Assembly (NCBI RefSeq): GCF_009914755.1
Contig: NC_060928.1
Origin: the human T2T-CHM13v2.0 reference genome, Homo sapiens
Length of the DNA stretch: 64,000 nucleotides
Reading direction: 5' to 3' (one strand)
This document shows, one piece after another, positions 28,401 through 41,900 of this stretch. How positions within the stretch are numbered: position 1 is the stretch's first letter; every line of letters begins with the position of its first letter. Position numbers and translations under genes: made by a program. The notes under the pieces were generated by a model, which was given only the letters and a program-made list of their open reading frames with translations, did not search any database and was not told where the DNA came from.

Positions 28401-31400
28401 CAAACCTCCAATTACATTTTCTCATGGATTCTATCTACTACTTAATTTATATGAATTAAATACTGTTTTCAATGAACTTCAAAATCACTCTATCATATGG
28501 GATCTAGTGTTTGCTCTCTTCTGTTCAAACCCAAATAGCTGTTGCCAGGAGCTGTTGTAGTCAAAAGATATGAGAGTGAGGAAAACAGACAAGGTCTCTG
28601 CCCTGTGGCTTACAGTCTTTTGTTCTATTTGCCTCTGTCCCTCTTATATTTTATTAACATTTTTAGTCATTAAGCCTCATCTTAATGTAGTATGTACATC
28701 TAATTATCTCATATGGACTAATATCCCAGCATAAATAAAAATACGAATTTTCTTATTAAACATTACTTAATAAACATTTTATATTCAAATGATCAGTAAT
28801 GACAATTTTGTTTTATAATAATATATCCATATTTGACTTGATAAAATGCATTGTATTATGGAGCAAACGTGCACTTGTGTAATTGGGATCAATTATTTTT
28901 GTCAAGCACTGTTAACTGACCTTTCAAAACTTAAACACTGAAGTGGTAAAGATTCGGATTACAGTCATATTTTTATCCTCTCTTGCTATTTATTTCTGAT
29001 ACCTAAACACAGAAAATCATTGCCAGATCCTAGGGTTTTCAGAAGTATGGTTTATTGACAACACAAGCATATGAATTTTTCCCTTTTTATTAAATGTAGA
29101 GCTTGATTATAAGTGTACAGGCAGTATCTTCGTTTTTTATTTTTAGTACTATGATATAAGCATTACAATTAAAGCTTCCGTGTTACGAGAATTTTTCTTT
29201 CAAGTCAACTGTTTCTGTATAATTATCTCTGAAATCATGAGACAATAGATCATATATGAAATACATATAAGAGTAATATCAAAAAAAGTCAGGTAGCATT
29301 CCTCCTTCACTCATTCTGCCACAACCCACCATGTGTGGCCCAGTTTTTTGTGTCTTGAGTTTTCTTGTGAATGTGAATCAAATTCACAGTTACACAAGCA
29401 GTTATTCACTTTATTTCTGCAAAGCAAAAGTGGAACATAATAGAGAGTACAGTTTGCACTACTTTCAAAGGTACCTGTCCATTACTGGATTTCTCTAACA
29501 GTAAAACAGTGTTTTTCATATTTGCATTAAATATCTGGGTTAAAAATTCCTTTCCATACCTTATGTTCACTGTGATGCTTATTTTCTTGCTATTATAATC
29601 ATATACCTTCTTTGTCTCTTCTTTTACTCTTAAAACAAAATATTAAATAATTGGAAGTATCCCTGCACAAATGGTATCACCTGTAAAAATCTGCCATAAT
29701 AAAGAGATTTTTAGACGAATAAAAATTGATATTTTAAAAATATGCCATTTAAGAGAAACATCCCACCAAGAATTTAACAAATACATTTATTGTCAGAAAA
29801 CTTAAACATGTTAAAGTACAACCACCAGATGACATAATCATTTACATAGAAATGACTTCGTTCATTTGGAAAACCCCAAGCAAGAAAATATAAAAATTAA
29901 TTAGACTCACACTAAATTTTTTCTGTTGTTTTACATGCACATCTTATTTTGCCCAAATCTGGTCATTTAATATAGTAAATGTACTGTTTTAATATTAGAG
30001 TCTAGGGGCTAAGAAACCTGAATTACTTCTCTAAAGGTTCTTTTCATGTTGACAGCATAATAAAGCAATGATCCTATTGGTGTAATTAATTTTTAAAGCA
30101 TTAAAGATTTAAAATTACTCAAGTAAAATAACACAAGAAATGCACTTCCTTTTCCCAGAGTTAAGTCCTGTATTCCTGACTGTAACTTTGTGTTGAATTT
30201 AGAAATGTTAGCTTGCCTCGTTAATTACCTCTCCAATGACCACCTATTTGGCTAACCTTAAAGGAAATATTAATTACCTGATCTAATATCTTGCAGGTGC
30301 ATATTATTAAAGAAGGCTATCACTGTGCTCTACTTTATCTTTGCTGTAGCAAATATCTTACTATTTTGTGTGATATTAAAATGGAGATTTTGCAGTTTTG
30401 AAGTTTGCATCTGAGCAAATATTAATAGTGGCATGCTGCTAGAAGCTGTCATGAAATGCACACAAATTGTGTGACTGCTAATCTTTTTGAGACATTACAC
30501 CACAAGCAGCAAGGCAGATATTGTCTATTTCTTCATTTTAAGGCATGTTTAAAGGATGTATGTCAATTTTATTGGGAACTGTCCTTGCTTAGGCTCCAGA
30601 TCAAAGAAAACTTGTTCTCATCCCTAGGTCATTAAGAAAGATTGCTAGAGAAAGTTAAATGTGAATGAGGAATCAACATTTGAGCCAGAACTATGGAGAC
30701 ATTTCAAATGTTAAAAAAAAAAAAATGATTTAGAATATGTAGGACTTTGATACCAGAAGTTTTAAAAATATTAAGTGGAGATAAATTTATTGGTATGTCA
30801 GATTAGTTAGTAGGAAATAAAAAGAAAACTTAAGCAATAAATGAAAGTAAACAAAATAGCTCAAATACATGTACAATTGATTTTATGTAACCTTCTTGAT
30901 GAACTACATACTAGAATTAATTTGGGGAAGTTTTCAAATAATGCATGAACACGAAAAGAGGCTAACTGGGTCAATGCATACATATACTCAGATATATATG
31001 AGTCAGATTATTTGGGGAAAAAACATCCAAAGGGATTCCAAAACAATGATTTAAAAAAAAAATACACAGCCAGGATTTGGAGTCTTAGTGGGAACCACCT
31101 GGGCAGTTTGGGATGAAGGTTAAAGGACTTATTTCGCTCTTCTTTTAGTCTTACCTAAACTTTACTGAAAAGGACATTTACAGTGACAATGGAGGCCAAT
31201 CTCTTTTATCCCTCTGAACCACTTGAACAGTGGCTCTAATTTCCAGAATCATTCTTAGTGTAGTGATGACACTGGAGATCATGGGCCCCCGGCACAGTGG
31301 CCATGAGGTTGGCTGCAGCACTTTTTATCAGCCAGAGGGTCCAGCTGAGGATCAGAGACAGCATTCCAGGAATGAATACCCAGGGGCCACACATCACAGG

Positions 31401-32319
31401 CGAAGGCACAACCCTTTGCAGTTACCTACCGAGGTCTTCCTCAGAGCCATCAGCTGAAGCTGGGTGCTCTCTGCATCTCATTGTTCCAAATACTTGCTCT
31501 ATTAATAGCCTCGAGTGTAGCTCTTTGTTGGAATAAGCTATTGTTAAGCACCTAAAGTAGTATGAAATTGGTGAATAAAAATTTTCCAGGTTTTGAATTT
31601 TATTCCCTATAATGCTAAATAAGAGAGATAGTAGCTCACCTAAGATTACAGAGTGGGATATCTGGAAAAGCTATAGACAGGGTTTTCAATGAAAGATAGT
31701 TAACTACAATTAAATGGCTATGTTGGTCAGGCAATGGCAAGGCAGACTATACTGTAACACAGAAGCTATGTGCATCGTCTTCACCTCACCCTTGGGACCT
31801 GACTTGGCATGGGATGTAATCACTTTCTTAGCCCCAGTATCTTATTTGTTTAAATGTAGGGATCTGAATCAGGTGACGTGTTTAGCTCAACTTGTTAAGA
31901 TTTTATAATCCTGTTTCCTAGATTATGATCCTATAATCTTATCAGGACTACCAAATAGTTGCTGCCTTCAAAGAATTACCATCTAGTTAGGGAACAAAAT
32001 TAATACAATAATCAAGAGCTACACTGGATGGCAAATACATTTAGAACAATGAAAATATCAATGTTAATTGTCATAAAATTGAAGAGATCAGAATCAGGAA
32101 ATTTGAGCTGAGGAGAGAGAAAAGTGTCCCAGGCAGGGGAACAGACATAGGAAGGTTTTTGAAGAGAATGTTAGAACTCTGAGGAAACAAGCCGGATTAC
32201 AAATAAACTGAAATAAAGGAGTTTAGATTTTATAAAGCAACCTAAAAGAGAAGTTTCTTAAACAAAAAGTAACACATTGAATGCGATATTTCAGAAATAG
32301 TAGTCTGACAGTGGCTAAG

Positions 32320-32800
32320 GATTTATTCATTCAACAAATATTTATTGGATGCAAATTATGTGTCATGCACCCTGCCAAGCACTGGAAATTCAAATATGAA
32401 ACAAGCAGACACCCATTTTTCACCATAAGGAAGGCCCACAGCCCAGCAGTGGTCAGAAAGAGATGTAATACCCAGTATTTTGGAATAGCACCTAACCTAG
32501 CCTGGGAGGCAGGGTAAGAGAAGGCTTCCAGGAGTTAGTGATCTTTGCTTTGAAAGCAGAACAGTTGGAATTAGCCAAGAAAGGCAGGTGATATGCATAG
32601 GATGGTTGATGTGGGAGTGTTCCAGAGAGGATAACCGTAAATGCTACATTTCCAAGGAGAAAGGGAGTCAGTGCAGGAAAATAAACTAGGGCACTATGAT
32701 AATTATTCAAGCCTGGGCTGATAATCGTGTAGGACAAACTGGTAGCAATAAAAAATGAAAGTAAAATACAAATATGAGAGGTATTTCATTATAGTAATAG
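32320..32800 (-). mobile_element. L2 LINE relic
   Basis: atttattcattcaacaaatatttattgga...ggcagggtaagagaaggcttccaggag. Confidence 0.6.
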
Positions 32801-32926
32801 GTTCCAAATATAGAGAGAGTCAGATACTAAAATTTAAGTAGTTGAAATGTAAATAAATCTTCATAATTTGTTATCCAAATATACCAATAAAAGACACGCA
32901 AAATGCCTTTTCTTTTGCCTTTATTT

Positions 32927-33070
32927 AGCTAATTAATTAATTTTTTTTTTTTAAGAGACACGGTCTTGCTTTGTTGCCCAGGCTCCTCTCAAACTCCTGG
33001 TTTCAAGTAATCCTCCCTCCTCAGTCTCCCGGGTAGCTAGGATTACAGGTGCAAGCCACTGAGCCTAGCT
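32927..33070 (-). mobile_element. FLAM (free left Alu monomer, FLAM_A-like)
   Basis: Single monomer of about 120 bp plus poly-T. TSD TTGCCTTTATTT on both sides. Confidence 0.85.
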
Positions 33071-33369
33071 TTGCCTTTATTTTAATATGCACATAAGGAT
33101 GAATTGTAGATTGTACAATTCTTACTTGCCATCTTGAAAATATAGAAAAAGCTTTTAATCTGGGCTACTGAATGGATAGAATTTTAGAAATATAATATCC
33201 ATATTACTTTGTTAACTTATATCTTAGGTCATTGTTGAAATGCCATTTGCCGGAGTTGGAAAGTTCATTTTGGTTTTCTGTATATTTACCTCTTAGATAA
33301 TTATTTGAAATCACTGATTTCACTTTTGTTATTCTTTGCCTTTCTCATGTCCATATAGCAGATATAAAA

Positions 33370-33671
33370 CAGTTGGCCCTCAGTATCTGCAAGTTCCTCA
33401 TCCCACAGTTAATCAACTATGGATCAAAAATATTGCAAAAAAATTAAAATAACCACAATAAAAATACTTCAAATTTTAAAACAATATATATGACAATTAT
33501 TTACATAGCATTTACATTGTATTTTGACATTATAAGTAATCCAGAGATAATTTAAAGTATACAGGATGATATGCATAGGTTTTATAAAAGGGACTTACAT
33601 AGGGTATGGATTTTGGTATGCAGGGGAGGTGTTCTGCAATCAATTCCCCTGAGGACACTGTGGGGCAACTA
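33370..33671 (-). mobile_element. MER2 (TcMar-Tigger derivative)
   Basis: TIR-like ends CAGTTGGCCCTCAGTATC / GACACTGTGGGGCAACT and internal ATTTACATAGCATTTACATTGTATT. Confidence 0.8.
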
Positions 33672-36600
33672 TATAAGTAAATGGGTCCTTTCACATCCTA
33701 GGATGAATGCCCCAAGTAAAATATCCTAGATCTTATACATGCCTCTGTTATCTACCTATCAAATGACTACTTCCTAAATCTGGAAAAAGTTTCGTTTAAC
33801 TCATGAGTTAAACAAAAAAAAAAGTTCATTTATGGACTTCTGCAGTGAGTTCAAAAACAAAGAAGTTAATTTTAAAAGCTCATTATATTGAGTTAACAGT
33901 GAATTAAAAAACCAATGAAATTAATTTTAGAGCCATTTAATTTAGTTCAGGAAAGAGTGAGACTTTTATTAACTTAATTATTTTGGAATTCACTGTTTTA
34001 AAGTCCAATAAATGTTATGTATTTTATTTCCAATTAACTTCATTGCGCTTGGAATCATATTTGCTTTCTCCATGTGGCTAAATTTCACCTCTCATTTTGC
34101 ATATAGGCTGACTGTTCACAAACGGACTCGTCTCCCTGTATTAGATATGAGTATATTGCATCTTGAAAGTGACAGTAGAAACAGGATTTAGCATTTTGTT
34201 GACTATTACTTTAGTTACCAGAATTGACTTATTCCTGTACAACAGAAGGGTAGCAAACCAGCAATTTTCTAACTGTGCCTTTTGTCAATGATATAAACTA
34301 CTGTGTTGTCTTTATCTGTGATATTCTACCTGATCCACTTGCCAAAGTATAGGCATTAGTGTAAAATAAAAATTTAGGAAATTGGGTTGTACAAAGGGGG
34401 TCATACGTCAGTTCTTTTCATCAGATTTTAACAAATGAAAATCTAAATGAGACATAATAATTTGATCTATAAAAAATTGTGTTTAACTCTGAATTGTATA
34501 TAATCCAAAAGGGAGTTTCTACGTTTACTTTTAGAGAGATTTTGGAGGGGATTAAAAGGAACTGCTAAGTGCCTCAGAGTGTGCAGATCTTAAATTTTAC
34601 ATTTACATTTGCCCATCTCCCATTTCTTCATCTATTATATTAAAACGGGGGGGGGGAGTTCTTTATATTATGTCCAGTGGAAAAAATAATCTGTTAGCTG
34701 ACATTTATTCAAAGATTAGCTAAACCTCAAAATCCACATATTATTTTCTTATTTTTGGTCATGTGTTATGTTGTGCCATGTTGTTTTGGGTTAGCAATCA
34801 TCTGAAAAAACTCAACATCTTTTATCTGCTGATTTGACTTCTGTGTAAAATGAAAAAAAATAAAATTAAAGTTTTACCTCCCTGGTTGAGGCTGAGAATG
34901 GGGCTGTCAGACAGGAAGCCTGGTTAGGGCAGCAGCCATGGAAAACTTCTCCACTAATTGGCTGACATTCAGAGCTTGAGGATCAGCAGCTGTTGAAGCA
35001 AATTTAGTCTGGATATAAGGCAGATTTTTCATTTATTTCAATTAATTACCACACACATCAAAACCTCTTCTAAAAAATTCTCAAATGAATACCTATAAGG
35101 AAGAAAGAATGCTTAGGTATGCATAGACTTTTACTTACTCTTTCAGAGCTTTCAAGATATGACCAACTTGTTTTTACTCATCTAGAAATGTGACCTTTTG
35201 TAGAAGTATGAAAATAACATATCTGTACTTCAAAAAGAATTTCAATTTGATTCAAAGGACAAATTGCTAATGGTGAAATATAGGTATTGTAAAGCATATC
35301 GAATATGCGGGCAATTGCATGCATTTAGTGTGTATGTCTCTGTATGTGGAAATAATGCTACTATAAAACAATGGAAAATTGTCACTGCTGCATGCTTATA
35401 ACAGCTATAAAGCATACAGCATGCATATTGCAATATCTGTGCACTTTACAAAAAGTTCTTTATCTGGAAGTAGTGTAATTCTGTATGATGCAGTGCTCTA
35501 ATTAGAATAGTGTTGTATTGGACAGAAAAGTAACTAGGCCACCCCAACCTACACACAGTAACTAGTTACTATAGAATGTGTGGTGTGTATCACGTGTGCT
35601 TAAAATGTATATGTTTTTCATTTTACTATAACACTTTTCTTTGTGTATACGAATTAAAGGTACTCACTTATTGTGTGCCTAACAGCTGCTTTAAAAGAAT
35701 ACGAGAGGGACATGTTAATGCAATACAAAATCATTTGTGTATACAAAGTTTAGTTTAAGAAAATGGGACTACATTATTATCGCAATTAGATCATTATTTA
35801 TTGTTGCAATTCCTAAATCAAACTATGTCATATTCTTGTCCAGGCTATTTTTGTGGATTACAAAATAGCTTTATATCATGAAGGTATGAAGAAAATGAAT
35901 TCCATATTATATGTAAATAAAACACTCAGGGTGTATATGTATGTGGCCACATATTTTAGGTGAAGAAAAATAGAACACTCAAACATTTACCCAAATAATC
36001 CAGTATATCTTTGTTCTCTGTTTGAATCCCAGAAAATTCAAAATTACTTCAGTGAGGGAGAAAATTAGGATATTAATAATGACCCCCACCCCCCAAAAAT
36101 TTTTCTCTTCATAACATTTTTTACTATAAGCCCATTAAAACATTTTTAAATTTTAATATTATTATGCAGCATTTGGGACATACAAAAAATAAAGTGCAAT
36201 AATACCCATATACCTATTATTCTGCTTAGAAAATCAAATTTTGCCAATAATTCTATCCCCTTTTGAACCCTTTCTATTCATTTCCTCTGTCTTCCACTGT
36301 GGAACCGAATTAGTTACTACAAAAACATGTTTTAAATGACTAAATTTCATTTTCTTTGAAAATAATGAACCAACTAGCTACATTAAATGGCTAATAAGAA
36401 ATCTAGATTTTTTCAAATAAGCAAAGTTGAACCATCTTAGTTCCAGAATGTTTTACTTGTACACCTGCAATGCAATAGAAGTCTAACAAAACCCAGCCTC
36501 CAGCAATTATTTGTTTATTTATTTATTTTAAGAAGGGAAAGGAGGGGAGAAATATCCCAGGGGTTGCCTGAATTACCTAGGAATATGCTTTCAGTTCCCT

Positions 36601-39600
36601 CCCCTCAAGTCTTCACAGGGGGGTTCTTGCAAGTGTAGTTCTTTGAAACAATGTTTAGCTAATGACTCAAGAGGACTACTCAGAACCATTGAAGAGCACC
36701 TCAAAAACAGATGCTAAATGGACTTTTGTCAGGTTCTACTAGTAGAGCCATCAGCAGCACATCAAGTTGGAATAAATTGAATTGAGATCAACAAAGGAGC
36801 ATGCTGTTTATGGATGGTATCAAATCAGCTTTCCCTTCCCACTGGAATTCAGAGACAGCATATCATAGGATAGTGAGTATTCCTGGAAATCCAGTGCATT
36901 TCCTAAGCTAAAGGAGTGTTTAAGAATTACATGGTGTAGGTTTTATTTCTTTTAAAATTTTATTACTTGAATATAACACAATTATTGTTTTAGTGGATTA
37001 ATCCTCATCATGATCTCATAATTTGCATTGCCTAAATGAATAATTTATGTTCTAGTAAACAAATCTATAAACAGAGATGTTTTTATTGGGGGTGGTGGTG
37101 ATGAAACGTGAGCATCTGGCAACCACACCTTGATTCATTTTAGCCCCTAGAGTCGTGGTATGGCGCATTAATTTCTCAGTTTGTAATTTACCAGCTGCAT
37201 TTAATGGAACCAATTTTCATTACATCTGTTCTATGGTTCAAAGAGCTCTTTTAGTTGCCAAAGGGGGCCAGCGTCACACAGATTCTGAGAGGGGCTAATA
37301 CACTGTTTCTTGAAGTATTAGATAACCAAGGATGATTCCTAGTTTTACAGCAAACAAATTATTTTGACAGAGGCAAGTTTTATATTCATGACTTAGCCGT
37401 TGGTAGATTTCAAATTAAAAGTATAGTGTGCCCTTTTCCCAGGAATTACATATTGATTTTCATGTCATTTTCTTCATAATACCCACTGATCGCCTGTCTT
37501 TACAATCAGTGGTAGATTTATTGTTTACTAGTTAAAGGAAACATAATTATGCTTAAGTAAATCCTCTTTGTAAATTACAGGTGGTTAGAAGATGGGTATT
37601 TCTTAGGCAAATATGGAATTTATAAATGGTTCTTACATTTATTATAGTAAGCATTATTTACGGACAAGAAAAGGTCATAGCTCTTCATAGTGTATAGTGG
37701 GAACATTTTTAATAGTAGAAATGGTTTTGCTTGGGCAACTTAGCATTCTTGGTGTGTAATTTTAATCTCGTAAAAATATGTCACTGTTGTGTAATACCAA
37801 ATGTAGGATTCCAGTTGAAAGCAACTTTCAATGCAAAGGGTTTTCTCATGGGCAGAAGAGAAATTTGAAATGTTCTACAGTGCTTTGAAGTTCTAAAGCT
37901 TCAGCTGGGAGAATTATAAAGCATTAAACCTGAAAAGTTTTCACCTGATGGTCATGAAATAGCATGCCAATATGAAAACTGACTGTTTCACTTCCTCAGG
38001 CAATTTTTTTTTCCTTTTCAAGAGTTTCAAAAATATCATGGATCATGTTACATTGAGAAGATCATCTTAGAAAGACTTTATTCGTTTGAAATCATTAAAG
38101 TACATAACATAATTATATTTATATATGAAGCTTCAATGACATAATCTGTTTGTACTGGAGTTTCACTGCAGTTGGAAAAGTCGAGTTTGTACCAAAATTA
38201 GAGGTAACTTTACGTTTTGTAACCATGTTCAAATTATCATTTATATATCTGTCTAAGAGAAAAATAAGCAGTTTGCCACTATTATAATCCAAATATATAG
38301 TTGTATGTTACAACTTACAGCTTACCTAACAAATGTACATGCATCTCACTTGAGTCTCACCTCAAGTTGAATGACCTGGTCCATGTCACAACGGAGGAAG
38401 GTGATGAAAATCAAACTCAAGATTTGTGACCCCAAATACCAAACCTTTTCTCTCTAAACTATCCTCTGTTATTACTGACTTATGGTTAGGTTATAATTTC
38501 AAATTTTTAATTCTAGCATTGGGAAACACAGGTAAGGCAATATGAATAATTTTCAAACACAATAATTTGGCATTACAAGAATATATTCCTTCCATCAAGC
38601 TGAAAATATAATTATGACAACTAGTATTACTAAAGACTACTTACTGGCCCCTGAAAATCCAGCAGGCTTTAACAGTATGGCTACACAAAATGTGAAGACA
38701 AAGCCACCGCTTCCTAGGAAACCAGATAAAAATAAGAGATTAGGCATCATTTCAGGGGTATGCTTAGGCAATGCTTGATATCATGTCTGGCTCTCAATGA
38801 CACAGAGGCATTCTAAAGTCAAAATCATTTGTTCATCCACAAAGAAACAGTTACCGTGTTTCTCTAATCACCAAGTGTTGCATTTATTTGAGTAAATAGA
38901 AATCAATAGGGTCTGGGGTCTGTCACCAAGTTCAAGTCTAAGAAGAAATATCAATTGTCTCATGTATGGTACAATATTTAATAAACAAATTCAAACAAGC
39001 AAAAACAAAAACACTAATATGAGACAATTTAATCACTGTTAAATGACTATAATTTTAGTGTCTATGAAGACACTTTCATAAACCAATTAAAATATGTATG
39101 GAATATCTACTATAAATTAAGTCTAGGTGCTGAATGATAGAGATGTTGTATAGCAATTCGTGATAAGATCCTTGCCCTTAAAGAATTTACTTCTACTTGG
39201 GAGGATGAAGTAAGCAAATCTATGACCTGATGAACATCATAGTGGGATTGAACCATTTCTATAAAAATTACAATATAATCATGTATCCTTTTTAATATTT
39301 CAGACATATAAAACAGGACATGTCTTCATGTAGAACTTTAATAAGAACTTAATGTCAACTATGTTAAAATGTATCCTACATATAATTTAAAATAAGAAAT
39401 CTAGAACTCTATATGTAATCATTTTAAGATGCGTGCTTCTCAAATTCTAGCCCTTTTGAAATTTGGATTTATCTTACAAACGGTGGCATCTGAGCATTGT
39501 GTCATAGTTTGACAGTTATTATTTTTCTTAGTGATACACAAAGTAATAGTGCATCATAAAATCAATGATAACTTAGAGATGATAAAATAAGAGTTTATAA

Positions 39601-39699
39601 TATAAAAATATACCCCAGGTCACCTAATGTAGGATGAATGTACAATTTTAACTGTTTTTAAAATTCCACATATAGTATTAAAATACCGATCACCTGCTT

Positions 39700-39860
39700 T
39701 TATCACTCTGCTGACCACTTTGTAGATACCATTTTACTTAATCTTCCAAAAATTTCTATGAAACAAATCTTGTTGTTGCTTTATAGATAAGAAAACTGAG
39801 GTCAGAGAGCTTAAATTACTTGCCCAAGATTATAAAGGAGACAGGGTATGTTAAACTCAT
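39700..39860 (-). mobile_element. MIR SINE fragment
   Basis: tttatagataagaaaactgaggtcagagagcttaaattacttgcccaagat. Confidence 0.7.
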
Positions 39861-41524
39861 GGGTTTTTTTTTCTATTTAAAATAAAATATTTCAACACAT
39901 CAACCATAATGAGATGGTTAATTTCATAATTATTTTATTTACCTTCTTAAAATTTGGATTTTTTTGGAAATGATTTAGATGATATAGGTCTCTTTAAAAA
40001 GGTTTTTAAGGTGAGTGTGAAATCCTACTTTCTTTTTCTATATCTCAAGGAATTTCTTCTAGTAGGCAGGAATAATCAAAATCACACCACTGACTTCTGA
40101 ACTCATGAACTTCAGTTACAATAGAGCTGAAAGGTCCTTACAAATCATCTAGTCCACCACCATTAAAAAGCTGATGCTCAACGTGTTTCCATCAAGGTGA
40201 ACAATGGTTACAGTCACGGCTGGAGCCCTGCCTGGGCACTGGCTATGGGTACTGCTCTATTTCACATGCACGTTGATTGGCACTGGAGTGGGTTATCTCA
40301 ACTGTCTTTCAAGAAAGAGGTCTTTGGTCAGTACTTGTCACTGATAAAACAATGTTGTTGCTCCTTCTCATTCAAAATTACTTTTACAACAACAGTATGT
40401 ATGGATACTGCATTTATTTCTTTTGTTTTCTACTTCCTCCTTAGTTCCTTCAAACCAACAAAGCTGCACAGCATTCATCCTATAAAACAACACCAAGAAA
40501 GAAATTAAAAAATTCCTTTTACTCTCCTTGTCCATCTCTCATGGCCACAGCCATGGTTCTTCCGACCACTGTATTCAATCTGGCTTCCTGTCCCAGAGTT
40601 TTGTGGGTTCCCACAAAACTGCTGGATTCCCAGTATATAAGATGCTAGACTAGGACTTTCATGAAAAGCTTATCCTGGGAAATCTCCCTTCCACCCCTCA
40701 TTTTGCCATAAATTTTCATTCAAAAATCTATTTAAAACCGTTTATAACAGTTCTTTTCTACACAAAGAGTGCCTCCCACAACCTACCTTTTCATACAGTA
40801 GCCCTAATTCTTGTTATACAAAACCCAGAGATGCAAGGCACAGAGACTACCGCAGTATCTCAAATGGCACTTGACAGTGTTTTGACATGCTCTGAGTACT
40901 TCACCCTTCATTGAGAAGTCAGGACAATTATAAGGTCATTAGCACCAACATTGCAAAAGAAATGGAAAGGCAAGCCCACCCGTGCCCCAAGCACCCTGGA
41001 CAAATATATGCCATTGCCTTTGTAGACATAGACAGAAGCGGCTTGAGTAGTCAGGGAGACAAGATACATCACAGAGAATGGAATGGCAAGGACCATCACT
41101 CGGTCAGGCAAAGGGAGAGGACAGCTGAAGAGCAGGAGCGGAACCCGGGAGCTCCTGGCACTCATTGCGCTGACCCACGTTTCAGTGGGCTTTTGTTCTT
41201 GTTTTTTCCTAGTTTCCTTTAGGCTTGTCTGGTTTTGTTGAGCATCAGAACTGTGATCCCTTACTAATTTGCTTTGCTGAAGTAAAGCTACTTGTATGAT
41301 TGGAGCCAAAGCAGGAAGCCAGATGCTAGCACACTGATTGCACCTGTCTCCAGCTGGCCCTGCACATTTATCTGTAAAGAAGACCTAGAAATGCCAGACA
41401 CACACATAAGGAGAAACTTTGATCATATGCCTAAATCTGCACAAATCACTACAAAACATTTATCCTTCTTTGTAATAAGCCTCCGCAAGATTTGCTGAAG
41501 GACGAAATAATACAGATATTGACC

Positions 41525-41900
41525 TGTATTAGTCCACTCTCATGCTGCTAATAAAGACGTACCCAAGACTGGATAATTTATAAAGGAAAGAGGTTTAATT
41601 GACTCATGGTTCAGCATGGCTGAGGAGGCCTCAGGAAACTTACAATCACAGCAGAAGGGGAAGCAAACACATCCTTCTTCACATGACGGCAGGAAGGAGA
41701 AGTGCTAAGCAAAATGGGGGAAAGCCCCTTATAAAGCCATCAGATCTCGTGAGAACTCACTCGCTATCATGAGAACAACATGAGAGTAGCTGCCCCCATG
41801 ATTCAGCTACCTCCCACTGGGTCCCTCCCATGGCACATGGGGGTTATGGAAACTACAATTCAAGACGAGATTTGGGTGGGAACACAGCGAAACCATATCA
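41525..41900 (-). mobile_element. THE1 (C/D-like) solo LTR
   Basis: TGTATTAGTCC...AAACCATATCA termini, about 376 bp, with GACC on both flanks. Confidence 0.9.

Noticed and set aside
34647-34656. G10 homopolymer
   Set aside because: A single run in AT-rich DNA with no supporting context.
37483-37512. 10-bp hairpin CCACTGATCG/CAATCAGTGG
   Set aside because: It is isolated, has a mismatch and is too short for a pre-miRNA, so chance is plausible.
40908-41309. Overlapping 133-aa and 103-aa ORFs
   Set aside because: Both have non-ATG starts, no recognisable homology and no convincing splice signals.
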